Source of the DNA: an uncultured delta proteobacterium
Lineage (GTDB): Bacteria; Desulfobacterota; Binatia; Binatales; Binataceae
Reading direction: 5' to 3'
DNA length: 64,000 nt
NCBI GenBank assembly: GCA_963811865.1
Contig: CAWESZ010000003.1
Coordinates: 359,779-423,778 of the forward strand
This document shows positions 18,540 through 28,378 of this stretch, piece after piece. The first letter of the stretch is position 1, and every line of letters starts with the position of its first letter. The translations under genes were made by a program, and so were the position numbers. The notes under the pieces were generated by a model. It ran no database searches. It was not told where the DNA came from and saw only the letters and a list, made by a program, of their open reading frames with translations.

Positions 18540-19013
18540 CTATTGAGGCAACTCGATGAGCGTCACACTGCCGGTGGCGGTGCCGCTCTCGGTCGAACTG
18601 ATCGGGCAGAACGAACCGCTCACCTGCGACCCGGCTTGCGCGGAAACGGAATAGGTCCAGGTTATGTACTGACTTGAGCTGGCGGGCACGTTGACGCCTC
18701 TGATGTTCACAGAGGACGGCGTCACCGTCGCCGCCACGGTCGTGCCGTTGGTGAACTGCACCGTACAGTAGGCGACCAACACCCAATTCTGCGCGCAGGT
18801 CGGAGTCGTGAACTGACTTGGTACCAGCGGTACGAAGCTTTTCGAGGCGTTGGCGCTGACATTAACGCTGCCGCTGGTGTTTCCGACCGCGATGTGGGCC
18901 GGGCAACTCTGCGCGCAGGCCGTGCCAGGCCCTAACAGCGCCAACGTCAGCAGCAACGCCGCAATTTTCAGAGTGATATCAAGGGAGTCGCGCCGCGCGC
19001 TCATTGCTCGCAT
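18540..19013 (-). CDS. small secreted protein paralogous to the C-terminal domain of the adjacent S53 peptidase
   Basis: ORF-track 18540..19124 trimmed to MRAMSARRDSLDITLKIAALLLTLALLGPGTACAQ (signal peptide). About 55% identity over ~110 aa to the peptidase C-terminus. Shared blocks FTT..CAQNW.LV.YCT.QF.N, GV.VP..S..Y..WT, VSG..CPI and a terminal GSVTLI..PQ. Confidence 0.55.
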   Translation of the reverse strand: MRAMSARRDSLDITLKIAALLLTLALLGPGTACAQSCPAHIAVGNTSGSVNVSANASKSFVPLVPSQFTTPTCAQNWVLVAYCTVQFTNGTTVAATVTPSSVNIRGVNVPASSSQYITWTYSVSAQAGSQVSGSFCPISSTESGTATGSVTLIELPQ

Positions 19014-19569
19014 CTCCTGTGCAGCAACCGGTTCGGGCTTGCGGTCGCTGAGTACACGGCTGGCCTGTCGCCGTCGCAATGCCGATGTCGCAGGGATGAT
19101 ACACTTGTCAATGATCAGAAACATATCGTGAATTTCTCAGGCTGTTTCCCCAGCCATTGCGACTTATCCTGTTGGATCTTCTACCTTATACAATGTCTGT
19201 GCCATCAACCGAGCAGTTAGACTCGGCTTCGTATGTCATCGAAGGATTAGCTCTCTTTGCGATTGATATCTGAAGGGTCGCGGTCATTGTGTCGGCATAA
19301 ATTTGCGACTGTCAACGGCCAAAAGTAATCGACCGGAAGGCCCGCGCAAATCGCGATCGCCGGTGCCGGCCGATGGGGCGGATTGCGCCAAATTTCGCGC
19401 ACGCGGCATCTGCGCGCGGCATCGGTTCGCGATGATGAGGCCCCGATTCGGAACCGTCCGGCGGCCGCGCAATTTGTTCTCTTGCTTGCATGGCGCATTG
19501 GAGGTTAATGTAGGCGGTTATCCGCGCCGGCCACGACGCTCTGGCGCAGGAAGGAGACCCCAATTTACC

Positions 19570-20598
19570 GTGCGTAGAACGATAGTTTTGTCCCTGGCGC
19601 TTACGACCGCCCTGTGCGCAGCGCGGGCGTGGGCAGGAGGCTGCGATGATCCCTCCCGAGTAGTGGCTCGGGTCGGCGATCGCAATATCACCGTCGGCGA
19701 GCTCGAGGAGCACGACCCCGCCAAGATGCTCGACGCGAACTACAAGTACTACACCGCCCAGCACGATCTGATCGACGAGGCAATCGCCAATGACCTGTTC
19801 GAAGAGCAGGCCAAAAAGGAACACCTTACGGTGGAGCAACTGCTCGATCGTCACGTGCGCGCCAAGGTCAAGGACCCGAGCGACGAGGCCGTCGAGGTCT
19901 ACTACGAAGGCCTTCAGACCGATCAGCCCTTCGCCGCGTTGAAGGACAAGATCAAGGGACATATCCGCGAGGGTCGGGAGCGCAAGCAAATCGAGACCTA
20001 CGCGAAGTCGCTGCGCGCCGACGCGACGGTCGTGATGCTGATCCTGCCGCCGCAGGAGAAGGTCGCGGTGGGCAACTCTCCGGTCCAGGGCGCGCGCAAC
20101 GCGTCCGTGACGGTGGTCGAGTTTGCCGACTACGAGTGCCCATACTGCCGGAAAGTCGAGCCGATGCTGGAGAAACTCCGCAAGGAATACGGCGATCGGG
20201 TCGCGTTCGCATTCAAGGACTTTCCGCTCCCGATGCACAAGCACGCCCAGAAGGCCGCCGAGGCCGCGCGTTGTGCTGAAGCGCAGGGCAAGTTCTGGGA
20301 TTTCCATGACAAGTTGTTCTCGGCCGACAGCCTGGAAATCCCCGAGATGAAAACCTACGCGCGCTCGATGAACCTCGACGGCGCCAAGTTCGACAAGTGC
20401 CTCGATTCAGGCGAGACGGCCGCCGAGATTCAGAAGGATCAGACTGAAGGGTCCAAGCTTGGAATGACCGGCACGCCCACGTTCTTCGTCAACGGACATT
20501 TCATCAGCGGGAATGTCCCGTACGAAACGATGCGCGGTCTGCTGGAACAGGAACTAGCCGAATCAAGCGCCAGCAAGTCGTCATCCGGCGGCATGTAA
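19570..20598 (+). CDS. DsbA-family thiol:disulfide oxidoreductase with N-terminal SurA-N-like chaperone domain
   Basis: ORF-track 19303..20598 trimmed to GTG 19570, 12 nt after AGGAGA (19552-19557). Signal peptide VRRTIVLSLALTTALCAARAWAGG. Thioredoxin fold with CPYC active site (EFADYECPYCRKVEP). Confidence 0.7.
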   Translation: MRRTIVLSLALTTALCAARAWAGGCDDPSRVVARVGDRNITVGELEEHDPAKMLDANYKYYTAQHDLIDEAIANDLFEEQAKKEHLTVEQLLDRHVRAKVKDPSDEAVEVYYEGLQTDQPFAALKDKIKGHIREGRERKQIETYAKSLRADATVVMLILPPQEKVAVGNSPVQGARNASVTVVEFADYECPYCRKVEPMLEKLRKEYGDRVAFAFKDFPLPMHKHAQKAAEAARCAEAQGKFWDFHDKLFSADSLEIPEMKTYARSMNLDGAKFDKCLDSGETAAEIQKDQTEGSKLGMTGTPTFFVNGHFISGNVPYETMRGLLEQELAESSASKSSSGGM

Positions 20599-20803
20599 TG
20601 ATCGCGAGCTGAACCCCGCACGCGGCCCGCCGCGCGTTCGGAAATCGAGAGAGCGATTCGGCCGGCCGGCCGTCTCGCTCCTTTCGTTTTCGGCTTCGAA
20701 TCGGCCGTGGCGCGCGGTTCGACCTTTTCGGGCTTGCGGCGTGCTGCCCGACTCGGGCAAAGTCTTTGCGGCGTGTCGCATCGGCGCGCGCCGTCGATAA
20801 TTA

Positions 20804-21881
20804 ATGGCGCTGAAACTGGAAACACCGGAGGGGATGGACGCGCTGAGCGAGTTCATCCTCTTTCAGGATCGGGTCTACCAATCGCGCAGCGCGCGCTGGC
20901 CAGTGCTGGTACCGCTGCTGCTGCCGGTGCTCACCGGCGAGAGTCCGTTCGCGCAGGGCCGGACGATTCGCCCGTTCCAGGTGCGCGACGGCGGGGAAAT
21001 CGTAGCCCGCGCGCTGGCCGTGGTCGACGAGCACTACAACCGCCATTGGCGCCAGCGCCTGGGGCACCTCACGATGTTCGAGGCGATGCCCGCCACGCGG
21101 GACGCGGTCCGGATGCTGATCGATCGGGCCTGCGAATGGCTCGCCGCACAAGGGGTTGAGGCCGCGCGCGCCGGCTTCGGGCTGCTCGACTTCCCGTTCG
21201 TGATCGACGGTTACGAGTCGCTGCCGGCGAGCCTCGTGCGGCACAATCCGGACTACTACCATTGCCTGCTGAAGGACGCCGGCTTCGAGTCGGAACAGGG
21301 CTGGGTCGATTACAAGATTCGGGTCACGCCCGAGTTGATCGCACGCTACCAGAGCGCGCTCGAAGCCGCCCGGCGCGCAGGCTTCGAGATCGTGCCGCTC
21401 AAGGACGTAGCGGAGGCAAGTCGAATCCCGCAAGTCACCGACACTTTCAACGACACTTTCAAGACGCACTGGGGCTATACACCTTTTACCGAGGATGAAC
21501 TCGCGCTGATGCTGGGATTTTACGGCATGATCGGCGGGTTCGAGTCGTCGGTGCTGGCCTATAAGGACGGCGCGCCGGTGGGAATCGTGCTGGTCACGCC
21601 CGAAGGCTCGGACACCGCGGTGCTCAAGCCCGGCCGTGTGCTCGACGACTCCGAGAAGCTCAACTTCCTCGGGATTGGCGTGCGCGAGTCGGCGCGCGGA
21701 CGGGGCGTGAACCTCGCGATGGCGGCCTATTCGTACCTGGAATTGATTCGAGCGCGGCGCGAAATACCTGAGCTATACGCTGGTGCTCGATGACAACTGG
21801 CCGTCGCGCCGCACCGCCGAAAAGCTCGGCGCTTACGTGTGCGCCAACTACATGGTCTATCGCCGCAACTTCCGGCGCTAG
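20804..21881 (+). pseudogene. tandem GNAT-like N-acetyltransferase; C-terminus continues in +1 frame (apparent frameshift near 21745-21760)
   Basis: ORF-track 20804..21793. The second half carries GNAT motif A LGIGVRESARGRGVNLAMAAYSYLE. After a GCGCGGCGCG tract, a different frame reads ...KYLSYTLVLDDNWPSRRTAEKLGAYVCANYMVYRRNFRR*, a plausible GNAT C-terminus ending ~21881. Family assignment weak. Confidence 0.35.
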
Positions 21882-21899
21882 CGCGCCGCTGGAGGCCCC

Positions 21900-23045
21900 C
21901 TACAGCCGCATCGGCATCACCACGTACGTAAAGCCCGTGTCCGACGGCGTGGTGAGCACGCCCGGGCTTACTTCGTCGCTCACGCCGAGGGCGACCTCGC
22001 TCTCGGGAGCGATTACCCCCAGCGCCTGGGTGACGTACGTTGCGTTGAATCCAATCGACAGGTCTTCCCCCTTGAAGTCCACGTCGATCATGTCGCTGGC
22101 CTCGCCCAGATCGGGGCTGGTCGACGACACCGTGAGTGATCCGGCGGTGAGCGCCAGCTTGACGCCGTGGAACCGCTCGTTGGAGAAAATCGCGACCCGT
22201 CTGACCGCCGCCAGCAGTCCGTCGCGCGGAATCATTATTTCGTAACGGGACTGCTTAGGCACCACGCCGCGATAGTCGGGGAACTCTCCCTCCACCAGCC
22301 GCATCGAGATTTCCGTGCTCCCGCGCTTCAGCCCGGCGAGTTGGCCGTCGAGCGTGAGTTTCACCTCGGCATCGCCCGGCTGATCGAGCAGCTTACGCAG
22401 CTCGCCGACCCCCTTGCGTGGAATAATCACGCCGCCCGGCATCGACAAACCCTTCACCTCGCGACGGATCATCGAGAGGCGATGGCCGTCGGTCGCGACC
22501 ATCATGGCGAGCCCAGGCTCCGGCGACTCGACGAACACGCCGCTCAAGTTGTAGCGCGTTTCATCCGGACTCACTGCGAACAGGGTCTTGTCGATCATCG
22601 TCGCGAGGACTGCGGCCGAAACGTCCAGCTCCGCCTTGATTGCGGTCCGGGACGCGCCGGCGCCCGGCGATTTCTGATCGCCCTGGCGCGGCATTGCCGG
22701 GAACTGCCGCGGATCGAGTCCCATCATTTTGAACTTCGCGCGGCCGCATCGGATTTCCACCCAGTCGCCATCGAGCGACTTGAGCGCAACTTCATCACCG
22801 GCAGCTTCGCGAACGATCTCGAACAGCTTGCGCGCGTTAAGCGTAATACTGCCGCCCTTGCTCGACTTGCAGGCGACTTCGGTCCGAATCCCAACTTCCA
22901 GGTCGGTGGCGGAGAGCTGCAAACTGGCGCCGCTCGATTCGATCAGGACGTGACCGAGAATCGGGACGGTGTTGCGGCGCTCGACAATGCCCTGCACCAG
23001 CGAGAGCCCGTTGGCGAGTGATGCGCGGTCGATAACGAGTTCCAC
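21900..23045 (-). CDS. dnaN: DNA polymerase III subunit beta (sliding clamp)
   Basis: 381 aa, intact. MELVIDRASLANGLSLVQGIVERRNTVPILGHVLIE... is typical DnaN across three domains. Confidence 0.9.
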   Translation of the reverse strand: MELVIDRASLANGLSLVQGIVERRNTVPILGHVLIESSGASLQLSATDLEVGIRTEVACKSSKGGSITLNARKLFEIVREAAGDEVALKSLDGDWVEIRCGRAKFKMMGLDPRQFPAMPRQGDQKSPGAGASRTAIKAELDVSAAVLATMIDKTLFAVSPDETRYNLSGVFVESPEPGLAMMVATDGHRLSMIRREVKGLSMPGGVIIPRKGVGELRKLLDQPGDAEVKLTLDGQLAGLKRGSTEISMRLVEGEFPDYRGVVPKQSRYEIMIPRDGLLAAVRRVAIFSNERFHGVKLALTAGSLTVSSTSPDLGEASDMIDVDFKGEDLSIGFNATYVTQALGVIAPESEVALGVSDEVSPGVLTTPSDTGFTYVVMPMRL

Positions 23046-23287
23046 TAAACTCCTGCTTCCTACTTCTTCTCTGTTTTTTTAAGAAATAGATCTAGTCGGA
23101 TCAGTAGGTCCTGTTGATTTGTTTATGCTCGCGCCAAGTGCATGAAAAAACAAGCGAACCGCACGATGCTGAGCTGTCGGTAATGATCACGCTCCCGGCC
23201 CTCAGTTTCATGATCGCGCCTCGGCCTGTCGAGAGTGCCGCAATTCTACCCAGCTTGCGCACAGCTTACCAAGCACCATTGTGCGGC

Positions 23288-24646
23288 TCATGGCCTGCGG
23301 GTCCCGACCAGGAGCCGTTCGATCTTTTCGATCGAGAGCCGGAACGCCGAGTCGTGAGTCACCCGGCGCGAGATCAGGTTGTGGGCGTGAATCACGGTCG
23401 AATGATCGCGCCCGAAGTGACCGCCGATGGTTGGAAAGGAGCAGTCGGTCAGCTTGCGGCACAGATACATCGCGACCTGGCGGCAGAACGCGATGTGCTG
23501 AGTGCGCTTCTTGGATTTCAGGTCAGTCAGCCGGATATGGAAAAAATCGCTGACGGTCTTCTGGATCAGGTCGACATCGGGCTTGAGCTGCTGATCGGAA
23601 ATCAGGTCACGCAGCGCCTGGCGCGTGAATTCAACCGTAATGTCCGACTGGTGCATCGAGGCCAGTGCCGCCAGCCGCGTCAGACATCCTTCCAGCTCGC
23701 GCACGTTCAAGGTGACGTTCTGGGCGATATAGAGCGCGACCTCGGGCGACACCCCGATGTGTTCGAGCGCGGCCTTGCGCTGCACGATCGCCACCCGGGT
23801 CTCGAGGTCGGGTGCCGAGATATCGGCGATCAATCCCGATTCGAAACGGTTCCTCAGCCGCTCCTCGAGTTCGGGAATATCGCGCGGCACCTTGTCCGAG
23901 GTCAGCACGATCTGATGGCGATCGGTGTGCAGCGAGTTGAAAGTATGGAAGAACTCCTCCTGGGTGCGCTCGCGCCCGGCCAGGAATTGCACGTCATCGA
24001 GGATTAGCGCGTCGAGACGGCGAAACTTCTCGCGAAACTCGTTCATCTTGTCCCGGCGCAGCGAGCCGATGAGCTCGTTCATGAAGACCTCGGCCGGCAT
24101 GAACAGCACCTTGCGCGGACGATCGGAGGTGGTCCACAGGTGATGGCCGATCGCGCTCGCCAGGTGCGTCTTGCCGAGTCCCACCCCGCCGTAGATGAAA
24201 AGCGGGTTGTATTTCTCGCCCGGTTGGTTCGCGACCGCCAGCGCCGCGGCGTGGGCAAACTGGTTCGATGAGCCGATCACGAACTCGGGAAAGGTATAAC
24301 GCGGGTTGAGCTGCGGATGGCGATCGCGGCGGCCGTTCTCCTTCACCGCGATTGCCGGCGGCGGCACAGCTGGCCGCGCTGCCGGTCGCTCGGTCAGTTC
24401 GCCGGCCCGCTCGCCGAGCGTCAACCTGACGTTGAGCGTCTCGCCCGCTTCAGCCGAGAGCGACTGGCGCAAAACGTCCAGATAGCGCTCGCTGACCCAA
24501 TCCCGAAAGAATTTGTTGGGCGCCGAGATGGTTGCCGTTTTTCCTTGTAAACCCAGAAAATTCAGTGGTCCGATCCATGTTTCATAGCCTACCTGCCCCA
24601 TTTCGGTGCGCAGGCGGTCAGCCGCTTTCTGCCACAGCCCGTTCAT
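23288..24646 (-). CDS. dnaA: chromosomal replication initiator protein DnaA
   Basis: ORF-track 23288..24685 trimmed to ATG 24646, preceded by GGAGGA. AAA+ Walker A IYGGVGLGKTHL. C-terminal DnaA-box-binding domain (HTTVIHA..I). Confidence 0.9.
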   Translation of the reverse strand: MNGLWQKAADRLRTEMGQVGYETWIGPLNFLGLQGKTATISAPNKFFRDWVSERYLDVLRQSLSAEAGETLNVRLTLGERAGELTERPAARPAVPPPAIAVKENGRRDRHPQLNPRYTFPEFVIGSSNQFAHAAALAVANQPGEKYNPLFIYGGVGLGKTHLASAIGHHLWTTSDRPRKVLFMPAEVFMNELIGSLRRDKMNEFREKFRRLDALILDDVQFLAGRERTQEEFFHTFNSLHTDRHQIVLTSDKVPRDIPELEERLRNRFESGLIADISAPDLETRVAIVQRKAALEHIGVSPEVALYIAQNVTLNVRELEGCLTRLAALASMHQSDITVEFTRQALRDLISDQQLKPDVDLIQKTVSDFFHIRLTDLKSKKRTQHIAFCRQVAMYLCRKLTDCSFPTIGGHFGRDHSTVIHAHNLISRRVTHDSAFRLSIEKIERLLVGTRRP

Positions 24647-24738
24647 CGGTTCCTCCCCATGAGGCCTTGCGCGAAGGCCCCTCAAGCCCGGTTTGCACCC
24701 CCGTCCTCAGATCAACTACACACAGCCTTGTAGACAGT

Positions 24739-24747
24739 TGTGGATAA
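24739..24747 (-). promoter_or_regulatory. DnaA box (TTATCCACA, perfect consensus)
   Basis: Exact 9-mer match within the dnaA-upstream region. Confidence 0.6.
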
Positions 24748-24797
24748 CATTCCTTTCGCCCGTTCCCGACGATACCTGTGTGATTCCCGGCACCGAA

Positions 24798-24806
24798 TTA
24801 TCCACT
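24798..24806 (+). promoter_or_regulatory. DnaA box (TTATCCACT, 8/9)
   Basis: Single mismatch to consensus, 50 nt from the perfect box and in opposite orientation. Confidence 0.45.
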
Positions 24807-25211
24807 CTCCGCGGTCGCGATCCGGGGTTTATGCTTTCTCGCCGGAGCGGAAAAGCGGACGCTGAAATGCCGCCGATCGTCAATCACAGTTTGAACCCCC
24901 GGTTCGCGCACGCGAAAAACCTTGTCCGCGTACGAGATCCAATTCTGCGGCGAAGAGTCGTTACTAGGCTCTTTTTCACAAACCCTCAAGCGCGGCGCGC
25001 GCGATTTTTACAAGCGTGCGAATTATTTGAAAAATTCTTGGCCTGCAAATTTTTTTCCGCGTAGTGAAATTTGCACCGCGCTCTTCTAATCGGCGCCGAT
25101 GGCTCCAGGAGCTATCACAGGCGATCAGAAGTTTCACTCAAGCGCGCGACGCGCGGGTTTTTCGCACGCGCGGTTTGACTGCGCTACGCAACCGATGTTA
25201 GCGACGAAGCG

Positions 25212-26502
25212 ATGATCGTGAAGCGTAATTCCGCCGCGCTGTTCGCGCGCGCGCAAAAGAAAATTCCCGGCGCAGTGAATTCTCCGGTCCGCGCGTGGAC
25301 CGCGGTCGGCCGCGAACCGCTGTTTATCGATCGCGCCGCAGGTGCGTTGGTCTATGACGCCGACGGCAATCGTTTCATCGACTACGTTGGCTCCTACGGA
25401 CCAGCGATCGTCGGTCACGCCGATCCGCGCGTCATCGCGGCGCTGGCCGATCAGGCGGCGAAAGGACTCAGCTACGGAGCCCCCACGCGAGCTCGAAGTC
25501 GAATTGGCGGAACGGATCAGCGCCGCCATTCCGGTCGCCGAGAAAGTGCGGCTCGTCAGTTCGGGCACCGAGGCCGGGCTGACCGTACTCCGGCTGGCCC
25601 GAGCCATCACGAAGCGTCCAAAGATAATCAAGTTCGACGGATGCTATCATGGCCACAGCGACGCGCTCTTGGTGCGAGCCGGCTCAGGCGCGATGACGCT
25701 GGGCGTGCCGGACAGCGCCGGAGTGCCGGCCGACTTGGCCAAGCTTACGCTAGTCGTGCCGTACAACTCGTTAGAGGCCGTCGAGCGCCAGTTCGCGATC
25801 GCGCCGGCCGAGATTGCTGCGGTGATCGTCGAGCCGGTCGCGGCGAATATGGGCGTGGTGCCTCCCGCGCGGGATTTTCTCAAGGATCTCGGTGCGCTCG
25901 CGCATCGCCACGGTGCGCTGCTGATCTGCGACGAAGTTATCACCGGGTTTCGCCTTCGCTTCGGCGCCGCCTATCCGATCTTCGACGCCGAGCCCGACCT
26001 GCTTATGCTCGGCAAGGTGATCGGTGGCGGGATGCCGATCGGAGCGGTCGCGGGCCGCGCCGACCTGATGGATCAGCTCGCGCCGGTCGGGCCCGTCTAC
26101 CAGGCTGGCACGCTCTCGGGAAATCCGCTGTCGGTGCGCGCCGGGTTGAAGACGCTGGAGATTCTCGAACAACCGGGAACCTACGAGCAGCTCGAGGCCG
26201 CCGGCGCAAAGCTGGAGGCCGGCTTCGTCGCGGCCTTGAAAGACGCAGGTGAGATGGGATGCGTCAGCCGCGCCGGCTCGCTCCTCACCCTGTTCCTCGG
26301 CGTCGAGCGGGTCGAGAATGCCGAGGATGCGCGCCGCTCGGATACCAGGAAGTTCGCGCGCTTTTTCCAGGCGATGCTCGATCGCGGCATCTACTTGCCG
26401 CCTTCGCAGTTCGAGGCGCTGTTCGTCTCGCTTGCGCATAGCGAGGCCGATCTGGAGCAGACTATCGTCGCGGCCCGCGAATCCATGCGGAGTCTGGGCT
26501 GA
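25212..26502 (+). pseudogene. hemL: glutamate-1-semialdehyde 2,1-aminomutase; single frameshift at C5 run ~25490-25494
   Basis: Frame 1 (25212-) reads ...[77 protein letters not shown]. Frame 2 continues [29 protein letters not shown]... to the PLP-lysine region and a C-terminus at 26502. One extra C in GCCCCCACGCGAG reconciles them. Confidence 0.85.
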
Positions 26503-26523
26503 ACGGCAGAGGCGGCAAACCCG

Positions 26524-26740
26524 ATGGCGCTCCCATGGACCAAAATGGTGAAATACTCCGCGATCGGCACGGAGTTCGTCTCGCCGATTATCGTCGGGCC
26601 CGATCGTGGGCCATTATATCGATTTGCACTTCGGCACCGATCCCATGTTTACGCTCGTGATGTTCCTGCTGGGATTGTTTGCGGGCGGTTACAACCTGTT
26701 TAGAGAGGTCAAGAATCTCCAGAGAGATATGAAGGAGTGA
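26524..26740 (+). pseudogene. AtpZ/AtpR-like small F0-associated membrane protein; one frameshift
   Basis: MVKYSAIGTEFVSPIIVG (frame 1) then HYIDLHFGTDPMFTLVMFLLGLFAGGYNLFREVKNLQRDMKE* (frame 2) together match the ~60-aa AtpZ/AtpR family found upstream of atpI. Shift near 26607-26612 (GGGCC). Confidence 0.45.
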
Positions 26741-27123
26741 TGGCGGCGATTCCGACTATCGAATCGATCCAGCGGACGAATCTCATTCTGGTCGCTGCGA
26801 CTGCCACGGCGCTGGCGCTCTTTGACACGCTTGGCGCCGGGTTCGGCTGCCTGCTGGGCGGAGCAGTCGTGATCGGGAATCTCTACATCCTGGGCCTGCT
26901 CGGCCGCGCCGTGATCGGAGCGGCCGGCGGTGGCGCGATGGCGAACCGCGCCGGGCTGCTCGTGATTCCCCTGAAGCTCCTGCTGATCGTCGTGCTCGTC
27001 TACCTGGTCTTCAAGCACGCGCATATCGACCCGCTGGGCTTCGGCGCGGGAGTATTGACTCAGTTGCTCGCGATATCTATTCAGACTTGGCGCGCCGCGA
27101 TACGTCCGGCTGAGGCGCCATAA
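26737..27123 (+). CDS. atpI: ATP synthase protein I (AtpI-like small polytopic membrane protein)
   Basis: 128 aa, hydrophobic, directly upstream of atpB. Start overlaps the stop of the preceding small gene. Confidence 0.5.
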   Translation: MMAAIPTIESIQRTNLILVAATATALALFDTLGAGFGCLLGGAVVIGNLYILGLLGRAVIGAAGGGAMANRAGLLVIPLKLLLIVVLVYLVFKHAHIDPLGFGAGVLTQLLAISIQTWRAAIRPAEAP

Positions 27124-27137
27124 TTTGAGGTTGAATC

Positions 27138-27832
27138 TTGGGACATCCGGTTAATCTGCTCGAGCTTCTCGGTCGCGGAGCAATCCCCGAGGTGCTGGTG
27201 GGCACCTGGATCGTGATGGCGCTGTTGCTGGTTTTCGGCTTGATGGCGCGCAGCGCGCTGGCGGCGGTCGGCGATCCCACCGTTCCCGATGAAGGCATCA
27301 CCTTGCGCTCAATCGCGGAGGTGCTGGTGGAATGGCTCGACGGTTTCGTCGCCGGCGTGCTGGGTACTCACGGCGCGTCGCGATCTGGTGCCGTTTTTGG
27401 GCACTCTGTTCCTGTTTATTTTGGCCTGCAATATTTTCGGACTGATTCCGGGTATGGAGCCGCCGACCAGCTATTCCGACCTGACTTTCGCCCTCGGGAC
27501 GGTGTGCTTCGCGTTCTACATTTACCAGGGGCTGAAGGCCAATGGCGTTGGGCTACTTGCGGAGTTTTCTGGGGCCCATGCTGTTGCTGGCGCCGCTGAT
27601 GCTGCCGATTGAATTGGCCGATAATCTTTTCCGGCCTTTTTCCCTGGGCGTGCGTCTTTACGCCAACATGTTCGCCGATCACCAGGTGCTCAGAATCTTC
27701 ACCGGGCTGACCAAGCTGTTCATCCCGCTGGCGTTTTATGCGTTGGGCGCAATTGTCTGCGTGATCCAGGCCCTAATCTTCATGGTGCTAACCATGAGCT
27801 ACATCAAGCTCGCGCAAAGCCACGAGCATTAA
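27138..27832 (+). pseudogene. atpB: F0F1 ATP synthase subunit a; two frameshifts
   Basis: Three consecutive frames (27138.., 27289.., 27542..) read MGHPVNLLELLG...SIAEVLVEWLDGFVAGVLG / DLVPFLGTLFLFILACNIFGLIPGMEPPTSYSDLTFALGTVCFAFYIYQGLKANGVGL / LGYLRSFLGPMLLLAPLMLPIELADNLFRPFSLGVRLYANMFADHQVL..., including the conserved Arg-containing helix (LGVRLYANM). Confidence 0.85.
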
Positions 27833-27948
27833 TTAATTCGCAACCAACCGCGGTTCGCGCCCCGGCTCAAGATGCCGGTGGTGGAAGAGGATGACAGAGG
27901 CGGATCAAGAACGTGGCGACGGCCGGGGTTATCAAGGAGGACGGTAGG

Positions 27949-28285
27949 ATGGTTCGACGATTTGGAATGGTATTGAGCGCGGCATCTCTGATGCTGCTCG
28001 CATCGCCGCTGATGGCGATGGCACAGGAGGCGGCCGCCGGGGGTGCGGTCAGTCCGCTAAGGGCTGGTCTGATTGCTCTGGCGGCGAACATTGGTATTGG
28101 CATCGCTGCGTTTGGCAGCGCCATCGGCCAGGGTCGGATGGTGGCCGTCGGCGATGGAATCGATCGGCCGTAACCCCAACGCCGCCGGTCAGATCTTCAC
28201 CCCGATGATCATCGGCCTGGCTTTCATCGAAGCCCTGACTTTGTACGCCCTGGTTATCGCCTTCTTCCTGCAGGCCAAGATCTAA
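27949..28285 (+). pseudogene. atpE: F0F1 ATP synthase subunit c with N-terminal extension; one frameshift
   Basis: Frame 1 [62 protein letters not shown], then frame 2 [44 protein letters not shown], with the carboxylate helix. Shift ~28140. Confidence 0.8.
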
Positions 28286-28294
28286 TCACGAACA

Positions 28295-28338
28295 GGATTT
28301 CGTTCGGAGCAAAATTTCGTTCGCAAAATTTCGTTCGA
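28295..28338. repeat. three tandem copies of a ~14-nt unit (A)AAATTTCGTTCG between atpE and its terminator
   Basis: GGATTTCGTTCGGAGC AAAATTTCGTTCGC AAAATTTCGTTCGAG. Confidence 0.5.
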
Positions 28339-28348
28339 GATCGATAAC

Positions 28349-28378
28349 GGGGCCCGGTTTCGGGCCCCGTCGTCTTTT
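28349..28378 (+). terminator. rho-independent terminator of the atpIBE operon
   Basis: GGGGCCCG GTTT CGGGCCCC followed by GTCGTCTTTT: perfect 8-bp GC stem, 4-nt loop, T-rich tail. Confidence 0.7.

Larger units (their letters stand above)
24647..25211. other. oriC: chromosomal replication origin (oriC) between dnaA and hemL
   Basis: Perfect DnaA box TGTGGATAA (24739-24747), one-mismatch box TTATCCACT (24798-24806), relaxed box TTTTTCACA (24972-24980). Marked AT-rich tract 24960-25080 (..GATTTTTACAAGCGTGCGAATTATTTGAAAAATTCTTGG..TTTTTTTCC..) in a 65% GC genome, consistent with a DNA unwinding element. Confidence 0.6.

Noticed and set aside
21790-22245. 151-aa plus-strand ORF overlapping dnaN
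   Set aside because: Antisense to dnaN. Ser/Thr/Ala-rich with no motifs.
23046-23287. AT-rich dnaA-dnaN spacer as a second oriC module
   Set aside because: No DnaA-box-like 9-mers found. Kept only as a remark under the oriC finding.
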